Assembly (NCBI GenBank): GCA_965202585.1
Contig: OZ241834.1
Location: forward strand, 248,001-312,000
Source of the DNA: Thalia democratica
Taxonomy: Eukaryota
Direction of reading: 5' to 3'
DNA: 64,000 nucleotides
Positions 39,601 through 50,109 of the stretch are shown one piece after another. The first letter of the stretch is position 1, and each line of letters begins with the position of its first letter. The position numbers and the translations under genes were made by a program. The notes below the pieces were generated by a model. It saw nothing but the letters and a program-made list of their open reading frames with translations, was not told the origin of the DNA and did not search any database.

Positions 39601-40686
39601 ACATTCGAACCTCCTTCATTATTTGAAACAGAGATATTTATAAAAAATATGAAAGAATTTACTAGGGAGTGGAGAAACCCAGACGAAGCTATAACATATA
39701 TCGAAAGACATTTACATGAAGCAAAACAAGTTCTAGTAAAAAATCACACAAAACATTCACTAGATCATTTGTACAAAGGCCCTTTTAATGTAATAGAACG
39801 AGGTCCGCATTCTTTCATAATTGACCAAGGGTCAGAATTTAAAAAAATTGCTATTGGAAATTTGAAAGCATATTTTCCTAGATATCCAACTGCAAGTAGG
39901 GACAGATCTGAAAATACTAACTATAATTTGAGAGCGGGAAACAAACTCAAAATTAATACAAAATTCAGCATGATGAGCGAAAACAAACTAAAATATATTA
40001 AACGTCCATTAATCAGAGACAAATCTAATGGGCTACTATATTTAATTGATTCAGGCTCGGATGTTTCCATCATGCCTGCACATCTAACTAATTACATAAA
40101 TTGCGCCAAAACTGATGAAATAAAGAGTTTCTCTGGTCAAACTGAAAGAGCACTAGGAATAACTCATGCTAACATTAACATCGGTATTCCCAAACTGTAC
40201 TCCTACGAATTTTCAGTTTTTCCCAATGGACACAATTTTGCAATTCTGGGACTAGATTTCATAAATCAATGGAATATCGTTATTGCTATAGCTGCAAACG
40301 CAATTTTTCATGTCAATGGCAACGATTCGCCAATCAGAATAGAAATAGAAAGAAACCATATTGAAAAAATGCAAGAAAAACCAATAGATCTTAGGACAGA
40401 TCGCTCTAAAAATGATAGCAAAATAACAATACCTAGAATGAAAAAATCGATAAAGGAAACAGTTGAAGTTACAAGAATGGAAAAATATCAAAGTATGCAC
40501 GAAGGTCTTAAAAACCTCTTGACAAAGAAAGTTCGAAAGAAATTTAACCCAAGAGACCAAAAATATAATAACAACGATTTAATACATAATCAGAAAAACA
40601 TGTTGCAAAACTCTTTGGAACTATATCCAAATCATAACTCAACTAGAACAGGACCGCTTCACCAATATTTTACAGCGAAATATTAA
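36649..40686 (+). pseudogene. pol: pol: protease 1 - RT - RNase H - integrase - protease 2 (two frameshifts)
   Basis: Motifs: LFDTGAEVSII (DTG 36859-36867); RVCVDY, FSTLDL, FGLKNAP, YIDDII; TDASS..GAVLEQ, TDH, ADLLSR; HHCC, HADLVGP, TDNGKEF, NGMVER, GPF; LIDSGSDVSIM (DSG 40048-40056). A 1-nt deletion lies near 37590 and a frameshift near 38760-38800. Confidence 0.95.
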
Positions 40687-42694
40687 GCAAATCATGGTTG
40701 GATTTCACAACAAACGTAAAAAAAGTTTTTTAAAAAAAAAACTATAATAAATAGCTAGTATCAACGTTTTAAAATTCAAATATATTCTTTTAATTAGCTT
40801 TTATTTAATTGATAGTAATTAATTATTAACCAATTAATTCGTTTTTTTTTTGTTTTTGTTTTTTTTAACTCAATTGAAAGACATGATAAAACAAAGGCTT
40901 AATATAACAATACGGTTTGGAAACTAATAAATAAAGGAATCCAAAACATCACACTTAACAGTCATAACGATCATTTACACTTTGCTTCGTACAATTAAAA
41001 TTATATTGATAAATTAACTAATAGCATTTTTTTTTAACAATTAAAAACTTTATGTATAAAACTATGTTTAAAAAAAAAATATATAAACATAAAACTAAAA
41101 TAATTTAAATAAAAAGTATTAAAAATAAAAAATGATGAACAACAAAAAAGAAACAAAAAAAAAATATCTAAATATAAATACATTAGTATATATAAAATAT
41201 ATCTGAATTTTTAAACTAACACCAAAATTTATGTACAAACACGCTTTTACTTTTTCTCATTGCATATTGGTACTACTCCATCTAATGCGAATGACTAAAT
41301 GCAGTAAACTTAGTGTGTACATACTAAATGTAAAGAAAAATCGTTTTTCTATTTTTCTCTATTTAGCTTCACTTCTGTTATTTTTATCTTCCCCGTGCAC
41401 CTGTAATTAATTTTAAATTGACATTTCTGTGTTATTTTAGATAAATTTAGTAGCTAAACGAGGGAATCATGTTTACAACACACCTGCAAAACAAACTTAA
41501 CTATTAGAGTTAAATTCTTTCGAATGAACTCGCTTTAAGTTTTATTAAACGTTTCCCAATTTGAATCGCTACACGTGCTTCGTTACATTGATGCACGTGT
41601 CAATCAAATCAGAAGGGCTTAAAGACTCTCTTTAACGCTTTGTTACTATCGTTAATTCTACATTAAAACTTAATAGCACTTGTGAACAAATTGGTAAACG
41701 TTTCTTATCTTTTTTTCTTTCGAGTTATAACTTTCATTCACTGAAACAAGATTTATTTCAGATTTGTATTCATTTAGAACAGCTTTCATTAGAATATGTA
41801 ACTCAATCTTAAAATTGTAAGTTTAGATTATGTGTTTTTGCTTCTTAGTTTGTTAAATTTTTTTTAAAAAGAAACAAAAGTTTATTTTTGTAAAAATAAT
41901 TCTGTGTTTATTTTTTTTTCGAAATTGAATTAATAATTGTGTTAATCATAATCAAATTAGTTGCCAGATGTATGTTATTTTAATTTTCGTTATTAGAAGT
42001 ATGCATTATTACCTTTTGTCTTCGTTTTTTCTTTTCACTTTGTTTATCAAACACAGATTATAATTGACATTAAATATTTCCACTGACTATTTGAATTTTA
42101 ATTTACTCTACAACTTTTTTTCTTTCCGCTTTCCACCAATCAATTGTCCCATCTTCATAAAAAAAAACAATACTGAAAACATGAATTATATATATTTATA
42201 CACCCTAAAAAAGAAACTTAATAGTAATAATTGTGGAATTAAGTAAATAAAAACAAAAAATTATCAAATTAATAATACATAATTAAATATCAAAAATAAA
42301 GATATCTATAAATATACAATAATAAATATAAAACCTTGTAGTAAATACTTTGAACAATAACCAAACAAAATACGCGTAATATCAGACGATATCTCAAAAT
42401 CACTACCAAGTTAATCAAACCAAATTAAATTAACCATAAGTAAAATAATTTGTTTATGTAATTCTTGACCAATACATTTCAGAACAACATTCAAAATGCA
42501 TGTGTAATCTATCCGCTTAATTCATTTTAGCAATCTTCAGTCATCATCACTATTAAATAAACAATAAAAAGAAGTAATATTCGGCGTTATGCCGTACATT
42601 TTGTTGATTATACATGTAAATATACAAATACACTATACACATAATTGCCTTGCCACATATCGCCTAAAAACATTATTAACAAAGCTAATAACAA

Positions 42695-42709
42695 ACTAAT
42701 ATTTTCCAG
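42695..42709 (+). promoter_or_regulatory. Candidate 3' splice acceptor for a subgenomic env mRNA
   Basis: CTAAT branch-like motif plus ATTTTCCAG ending at 42709, 18 nt upstream of the env ATG at 42728. Confidence 0.5.
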
Positions 42710-42727
42710 ATTTAGCTTTTAAGAATT

Positions 42728-44548
42728 ATGAAGTTATTCTTTCTCAATATAAGTCTGTTTGCCTGTCTTTTCTTTCTTGGAGACAACATTTTTTGTCAAT
42801 CTAACAAAACAATCTTAGACTTAAGATCTCAAAACGTAGACATATGCTTCGATAAGCACATTGTAAAAACTTACTTTATAACTCCTTCAATCGGAGGATG
42901 CGCTGAACCGGACACAACTTACCAAATAATTAAAGATATTAATATATACCCGCCTGCAGATACGACAATACACATAAACGCAATAGCGTGCAGAGAGGTC
43001 GTGTCCACGTATGAAAACATAATGTGGTGGACTTTCACAAAAACTTCTACATTAATAAATAAAAGGTCTTTTTCAGTCGCAAGCGATCGCTGTGTAAGGT
43101 GGGTCAAGCAAAGAACTGACCCAATTCTTGGGGATCTATTTAAACATTCAATAACTCCTCATACTTATGTTACACTGAACAAAAAACAAAATATTTTTTA
43201 TTATCTTTAAGGAGTGACTGAGAATGTTAGAAACGCACAAACTTTGGAAACAACTTTAATGTTTAATAGACAAACCCTAACAGGTAGCCATTTTACCACT
43301 TCAGACTTAGAATGTAATGTTTTAAAGGGGGTATGTATTTCCAAGACTGACACATTCTTATTTACTCCTTTTGAAAATAAATGTAAAACTTGGAAACCAT
43401 ATAAAGGGTTATCTTTACTTAAATACAACCTGAAAAATGGAAACCTTTACCAGGTTCCTGAACTAGACCTTGCGTTTCATAGGTTAATACCTTGCCCTGA
43501 ATATGTACACAAATGCATTAGAGAAGTCGATGAAAATAAACAAATAAGGTGTACACCCACAAATTTTGCTCTTAGTTTTTCAAATATTTCAACGCTAGTA
43601 GATGATAACTTAAAAATAAAACTAAACCAATATAATAATATAAGTGCACGAGACAATATATTAAGTCAAGCTATTCAATCTTTGGCCGTTAAAACAAATT
43701 CAGCCATAGAAAAGCTCGCCCAAGAGTTCTCAAGTGTGCTGTGCAAATTGGGTGAAATCTCAATAACCAACTTGCGCAACACCCAATATCGCAAACCCAG
43801 TGAGACTTTGAGTCTCATGCTGGGCAGGAAAGTTAAGGCAACCATGATAGGTGAGTTACTTGCACAAATCTCGTGCACCAAAGTAAACGCAACCTTAGTA
43901 CCAACTCTACGTATCGGCGATGAAATGTCTCCAAGGCCTCTATTTAGGATTCGTTTCGCAAACGAGTCAAAAATCGCACAATACACTTCGGAGGGCTATT
44001 TAAGATGGGGTATCAAAGGCTTAACCTCTCATTTAACTGAACAAGTAAACATATTTGTAATAGAGGGAATCGCCATAGCGTTTAAAAATGGGTCTCTCTT
44101 AAATGAACTGCCTGAGATAAATAAATTAGGGCTTCCTACTTCTGTTATTCCTGATTCTATAGACTATGATGAAGGAATACTTTTAAATGAATTATCGACT
44201 GCGTCAGATCCAAATAATTTGGGTTCAATGAACCACATGCTGCAAAGCATACTGGGAATCACTTCTGAGCATCTTATAGCTAATGGGGTAAACAAGGAGC
44301 TGTTAAATAAATATTTGACTGTCCCTATGAATAAAAATGAACATCTGTCCTTTATTAAAGAAATTAAACAATTCTTCCGCCCCAAAATTTCTAACATAAT
44401 AAAAAAAATCGCTCTATTCGGATCTTTAACAATCACCTTTCTAACTACGCTCTTAATAACGTATATCTTTTGTGGATTTACACTTAAAGCTATTATTAAG
44501 AGTACCAGAACAAAAACAAAAAATAATAAAAATGAAAACCAGAGTTAA
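42728..44548 (+). pseudogene. env: Envelope glycoprotein (~606 codons, one in-frame TAA at 43208-43210), class III fusogen-like
   Basis: ORFs 42728-43210 and 43214-44548 are in the same frame. N-terminal signal peptide, ~12 ectodomain cysteines, NxS/T sites (NKT, NIS, NAT, NES, NGS), C-terminal TM segment (IALFGSLTITFLTTLLITYIFCGFTL) and a basic tail. Confidence 0.85.
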
Positions 44549-44958
44549 TGACATTATAATTTGTAGCTCATACTTAATTTTTTTCTCTTCTTCTCCTTCT
44601 TCAAATTCTTTTGATTAATGTAAAAGCTCGCTACTTTTATTCTATTTTCTTGTCTTTATTTGGTATATCAATAAAAAAAGAAAAAATTATACAAAACAAT
44701 CTTTCTATTCTAAACCCTATCTTTGCCATCCTTGACCTGAAGGACCTCTTTCTCATTTTTCTGCATAAGTCTAGATAAAAAGAAAAAGATAGCCAAAAAT
44801 TCTTTTGTTTTCTTTTTACAATAAAACAAGTTTAGTACCAATCCTTACTACATTTATGAATCGTTGATAATTTATTTTTGCTTTCTTTTTGTTACTGTAA
44901 CTATAAAAAAAACATTTGAATTGTCAACAGTCATTAAAAAATTTAAAAAAAAAAAAAG

Positions 44959-45306
44959 ATGAATCTTTTACAAGTAGAAGACCTTGACTTTCTGTTGGAC
45001 GAAGAATTACCTGAATTAGATCATGAAATGTTCGAAAACTTCTTTCGTCCAATTCAACAAGAAGAAGAGTTTGAAAAGGCTAGCGACCTAGGTTATGAAA
45101 GTGACGACGAAAACAAATACATCGAAGAGAGAGAAGCTCCACTGATAGCTCCACCAGTGCCAATCATTGAACAGAACTGGCATCGTTTGCGGGATGACAA
45201 AAGGATGTTGGATCCCGAGCTTCTAACAATCCTCATCGACATCATGTTAGAGGCCGAAATACTGGGAGATAACGTTTTTGAAGAAGTGTATGAGGGCGAC
45301 TTTTAA
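44959..45306 (+). CDS. Small highly acidic accessory ORF of the ERV (115 aa), function unknown
   Basis: Intact ATG-to-TAA ORF, GC-richer than its A/T-run flanks, roughly one-third D/E; lies between env and the 3' LTR. Confidence 0.6.
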   Translation: MNLLQVEDLDFLLDEELPELDHEMFENFFRPIQQEEEFEKASDLGYESDDENKYIEEREAPLIAPPVPIIEQNWHRLRDDKRMLDPELLTILIDIMLEAEILGDNVFEEVYEGDF

Positions 45307-46374
45307 AGGAAAGGTATGTGAACATTAATGCTAAATAAAAGATTTTTTTTTTAAATTATAATAGTCATAAAAAAAATTAACATTTTTTTTTTGTTGTTTC
45401 TTCCCAAGTATTTTTGTTTCGTTTTGATAAAAAAAAAAAGAAAATAAAAAAATAAAAAATAAATAATAAATAAATAAAAAAAATTAAATAAAAATCAATT
45501 AAAAAAAAAATTATATAATAAAAATTTATAAACAAAAATATATATAAAAAAAAAAAAACAACTTGTTAACAACTTATTTGTCTATATATGTGTGTTTATT
45601 TTTTATTATTATTGTTTGTTTTCTGATTTTTTTTGTGTGTACCTTTGACCTTATAAACTACAATAACTCCAGGTAATTAAATAATAATAACATTGATTTG
45701 CTTCTATCTATTCACTTTTAACCTTAAGCAATCTAGAATTCAAATCTATTATCAACACGTTTATTTGAGTTGTTACCTTTACACATTTTATTGCCGAGAT
45801 CTATCTGAGTAATTCTTTTGAAATACAAAATTTTAATATGACAACGTTGTATACTTATCGAATTAATTTTTTTTTTGAATGTTTGAATAAGTACATCATT
45901 TGAATTAGTTATAAGTTAAACTCAATTTTCTTCTCTCCTTCAATGTTTAAAATTTTTCATTGTAAACCTGTTTTGTTTCTACAGTAAATCTTAGATTTTC
46001 TAACAATACATTTTTCCATTACCTATTAATATTTATTAACTAAAGAAAATAGAAAAATAAAAAACATTGTTAAAATTGTTATTTGTACTTTAAATTTATT
46101 TGCATTTATCATCTCAACCCTCCGACAACTTGCTAATGTATCATTTTTTTTAGAAAGATTAAAGTTATTAATTTGAACATTTTTTTTTCTTTCAAGCATG
46201 ATAAACCCGCTCTAATTCCTTATTATTCTTTTCTTTCAAAAGTTATTTTACACTTAGACATTTTAAGTTAATTTTCGTCCCTTTAATAATAGTTTTTTCT
46301 CATAAGTTTTTTATACAAGTTAATAAAATTTTTTTTAGTAAAAGAAAAAAAAAAAAGAAAAACATAAGTCGATA

Positions 46375-47667
46375 TGTAGGACACTTGTGCAAAATCTTAT
46401 TTTGCCTTGTGTCCAAATTTTTATAATTTAAAGGAATTAATGTTTTTCACTTGATATTATATTTTTTCCTTAAAAAAGAAAACATTGAATAAATATAGTA
46501 AAACTGATTTCCGAAGAAAAAACTATTTTTCACAAACAAAATAAGTGCTAGTTAAAAAGATTGTTGTCTTTGATTTCTTGATTAAACTGGAAATTGCTGT
46601 TCATGGGTGTGGCTAAGGGAAAATGAGAGAATAAAATGAGAGATCAAGTGATCTACAGTCCAAAGTCCAGGAAAATGAGAGAATAAAATGAGCGTGATTT
46701 ATGGAAAATTCTAGAAAAAGAATTCAAAATCTATAAATACGCCCGATCAGAGCATGAAGCGGGCAATCCACCACGAAACAAGCACGAAGCGACACTCTGC
46801 TCCGCAAAAGAAATAACATCGTCAATCTTCAAGCAAGGAGATTTCAACAACCACCTAATCGAAGAAGCCCACGCATTCTGTGGCATCGAGAATTTAAGTA
46901 CTGGAAGTACTCTTTCATCAAATACTCTAAGTTGGACTCCACGATTGAGTCGCAGCGTTCAATCAGATTAAAGTGTACATTCATCTCAGCAAGTAAACCC
47001 ACACAGACTGGGCGCCAACCTTAGCTACACTTCTACGAACAAGTTGTTTTCATACTGTTTGATTCTATCGTAATGTTTATATATATTCATATTATCATAT
47101 ATACTCACTATTGTATTTTCATTGTAATATTTATATATATTTATATCACCGCATTTATTCACTATTGTATTTGTATTGTAATATTTATACATATTTATAT
47201 CATCGTGCCTATTTAGTATCGTATTTTATCGCCACGCTCTGCTTACGGAAAGGAAAGGAAAACAGACCACGCAACGTTTAGCAAGATTCTGCAAACGAGA
47301 CGGACCAACGTCGAGTGCCAGAAGCTGAGCGAACGGAGACCAGTGACACGCCAAAGGGGGAATCCGGAGCACGTTTCCTTCTATTTGTTAACATTAAGTG
47401 TCTAAACTTATTGTGAGCTGTCATTGCGTATTTGTACATAATAAACCAACATTATTTAGTTTCATTATATTTAGTTAAATAATTATATAATTATGTCCTT
47501 AAAACCCTTAAAAAAGGCATTAGTCCTGAAGGTACCCAGAACTCGGTCCAGAACCGAAATAAGTTGTTCCGAGACTTATGCTAACCTGGAATCCGATGAG
47601 ATTGTTGAGACTGAAACCGAGGAAATTTCGAAGGAAAACAGTGAGGCTCCTAGTCTGGGTAACAATA
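46375..47667 (+). repeat. 3' LTR of family A (1293 bp)
   Basis: Near-identical to 33984-35272 (about 11 substitutions and one 4-bp indel by eye); A/G-rich tract at 46340-46362 upstream; followed by TSD CCTT. Confidence 0.97.
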
Positions 47668-47874
47668 CCTTGACTGTTACCCTTAACCCTTTCCATGTAG
47701 TAACGTTTTTCAATATTGTTTTTTATTTTTTAACATTTACTTTCACCCCTAACCCTTACCCTTGGTTAGTTACTTTTATATTATTCTGTCTTGTTTTTAA
47801 TTTTTATTTTTATCTTTTTACTCTTGTGCAAAAATTACTCTTCGTGCAAAAGTGTCTTCGTGCATATTTGACCC
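47668..47874. mobile_element. Right part of the TTGCAC-type foldback element interrupted by the ERV
   Basis: CTGTTACCCTTAACCC and CCCCTAACCCTTACCCTTGG as in 21212-21680; ends CGTGCATATTTGACCC. Confidence 0.7.
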
Positions 47875-48367
47875 GTCTCTCCTTAAACTTTCGAAATTTC
47901 TAGAATAAATTAAACTTTTGAAGTTTATTTTACCTCTTTATGCCTTGTTTATACATTTACAACCATTTTTAGAAAACCCTAAAACTATTATCTATAAACT
48001 ACCATTATCTGTTTTATCGGAGCCTGTAATACCCCTTGAATAAGAAGAAAAAAATACTTAAAACCTTATTTAACCAAATCTTTTAAACATACTGATTTGG
48101 TTTTGCATCGTTGCTAAATGTTTAAATAAAAAATAAAAAACTTAAAAGATATAAACATAAAAAGTATTACATAATACCATACATATTTTTGTTGCTGCTG
48201 GAAATCTCTTTGAAATCAGCTAAAAAATATTATTTAACCTCTAATATTGATTTTTTAATGAATTTATGTTTTTTAGGAATGTAAATAGAATTTTTTTACT
48301 TATATGCATTTACAGATTGATAATCAATGAACTTCACAGCAAGATTTAAAAAATAGCATCCGAGACA

Positions 48368-48410
48368 ACCTACGACTGGTTTTGTCCTAATTAGGACTTA
48401 TCAGGCAGGC
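48368..48410 (-). ncRNA. Minimal type I hammerhead ribozyme with G8 and G12 mutated (probably inactive)
   Basis: Minus strand GCCTGC-CTGATAA-GTCC TAATTA GGAC-AAAA-C CA GTC-GTAGGT: stem I GCCTGC/GTAGGT, palindromic stem II, short stem III and a GUC cleavage triplet. The core differs from CUGAUGA/GAAA at two positions. Confidence 0.8.
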
Positions 48411-50109
48411 ATAGTCGCGTGAAACCGCTGTTGAGGTCTAACCAAGCGGGCTTAAGTACAAAGTTATGAAATTGAATACATTTATAAATTGAAAATGTTA
48501 GTCAGCCTTTTATGATTCACAATTAGTAATTGTTAATTAATTGTAGCCTAGTTGTAAGTTTTTATTAGACTTAAATTTGTTAAAAACTAAGTATGCCATA
48601 AAATACCTAATGGGCATTTTAATTCGTCAGCTTTGCTAACTCTTGTGCTAATACAAGTTAAAAAATAATTGCTTTTAAGCTAGAAACTATAACTTTACTT
48701 CAGACTTATAGTCATTTGGTTTCAAAAACGGAATATTGACGAAGCAAAAGTGACAAGAAAAATAATTTTCTCAAAACTAAATTTTATATGAAAAATAAGT
48801 GTTTATTTTATGTACTGTTAGTTCAGAACTAATTAAAAAAACGCTTGTTTCTTTATACTATATTAATTTTTATTTCTGTATTTATTTTTTATTTAGCTTA
48901 GTATTGTTTGTTGCTTATTATTTTATTTAGCTTATTACGAAAGGTTGTTTGCTTTGAAAATCGACTGTGAACTTTATTTAAATACATTTTTAACAAGTAA
49001 TTACCGTGCTTAAGGTCGCAAATACTGTTTGAACAACATGAAACAAGTAAGAGCTGTTTTATTATTAAATAGTTACAAACAAAGATATTACATGAAAAAT
49101 TTTGAAATCAATAAATAAATGATTTTCTTTAATAAGTAGCCACAATAGGTGTTCACAATATGAAGTAAAGTTTAAAGTATAAAGTTTAACAAACAACATT
49201 TTAAACATGAAAACTTTGTTTATCTATTTTGCGATTTTTTTTTTGTAAAATACTAAATGTAATACTGTGTCTTTATACTAGACTAAAAGATAAAGCTAGT
49301 TTATAAAAAGTTTTATTATTTAGTTTTTAATAAAAAGTTGAACGAGAAATTGCGTAAACTTTTACATTATAACTTTGCCATAACTATACCAATTCAAAGA
49401 ATTTATGTAAGTTTGGACTATGTAAATTCTTTAATATATGAAAAACATAATTTATGATTTTAGTAAAAGTTTCAAATTGTATGTAAAAAATTAGTATATT
49501 ACGAAGAACATTGTAAAAAAAAATCCAAAGCATTTAATGAATAATCTTATAAGTTGGGTATTGCTTGTTTTTGATTAAAGTTTTGGTTTGAATTTTTTCA
49601 AAAATTTTTAGTAAGGACAGTAAAAGTTATGTCTATACTAATTCACGAAAACTATGTTTTGTGTTACTGCTCAGCTAATAAAAATAAAGCTTTACTTAAA
49701 ATTTATTAAGTGTGATGCTTCTTAAAAAATCCTTGTTAAAATGTATTGTAAAATTTAAAAAATTTAATGTCTAAATTATATGTTTTGTTTTATTGCATAT
49801 TTGAATTGTAATAATCAATACTGACATTGTAAATATAAACATTTCTTAAACTGTAAATGCTTATAAACTGCAGCACACATGATACAGGCTTTTATCTCAA
49901 CAAAAAATAATTATGAACACTAAGCTTAGGTAGTTGTAGTAAATAAGTGTGTGGTCAAATGTAAATTAGTAGAATGATTTTATGTTTAAAAGTTTATATT
50001 GAATGTGAGCTAAAGCAGGGTAAACAAAAGAAGACGATATCGATAAGTTTGAATGTATCTTGTACAATTATAATATATTTCTCAAAATATTTTAAAGAAA
50101 CTTTGGCAA

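Larger units (their letters stand above)
33984..47667 (+). mobile_element. Full-length env-bearing Ty3/gypsy (Metaviridae) endogenous-retrovirus-like element, 13.7 kb (family A)
   Basis: Two ~1.29-kb LTRs about 99% identical; TSD CCTT/ACCTT on both sides; PBS; gag with a CxYH..FG..C knuckle; pol in PR-RT-RH-IN order; env-like glycoprotein; extra ORF. Confidence 0.97.

Noticed and set aside
36646-43210. Alternative genetic code (TAA as sense) to explain the in-frame stops in gag-pol and env
   Set aside because: TAA terminates pol, env, ORF4 and the zinc-finger exon at sensible positions; mutation or readthrough is sufficient.
35088-44436. Antisense ORFs within the ERV (35088-35363, 35418-35612, 35543-35761, 37026-37229, 37785-37988, 40252-40560, 42919-43107, 43207-43428, 43675-43986, 44164-44436)
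   Set aside because: They are short shadows of the sense coding regions, with no motifs or independent signals.
47493-47903. 136-aa ORF as an independent gene
   Set aside because: It is the 3' LTR copy of the first 58 gag codons running into low-complexity MITE sequence.
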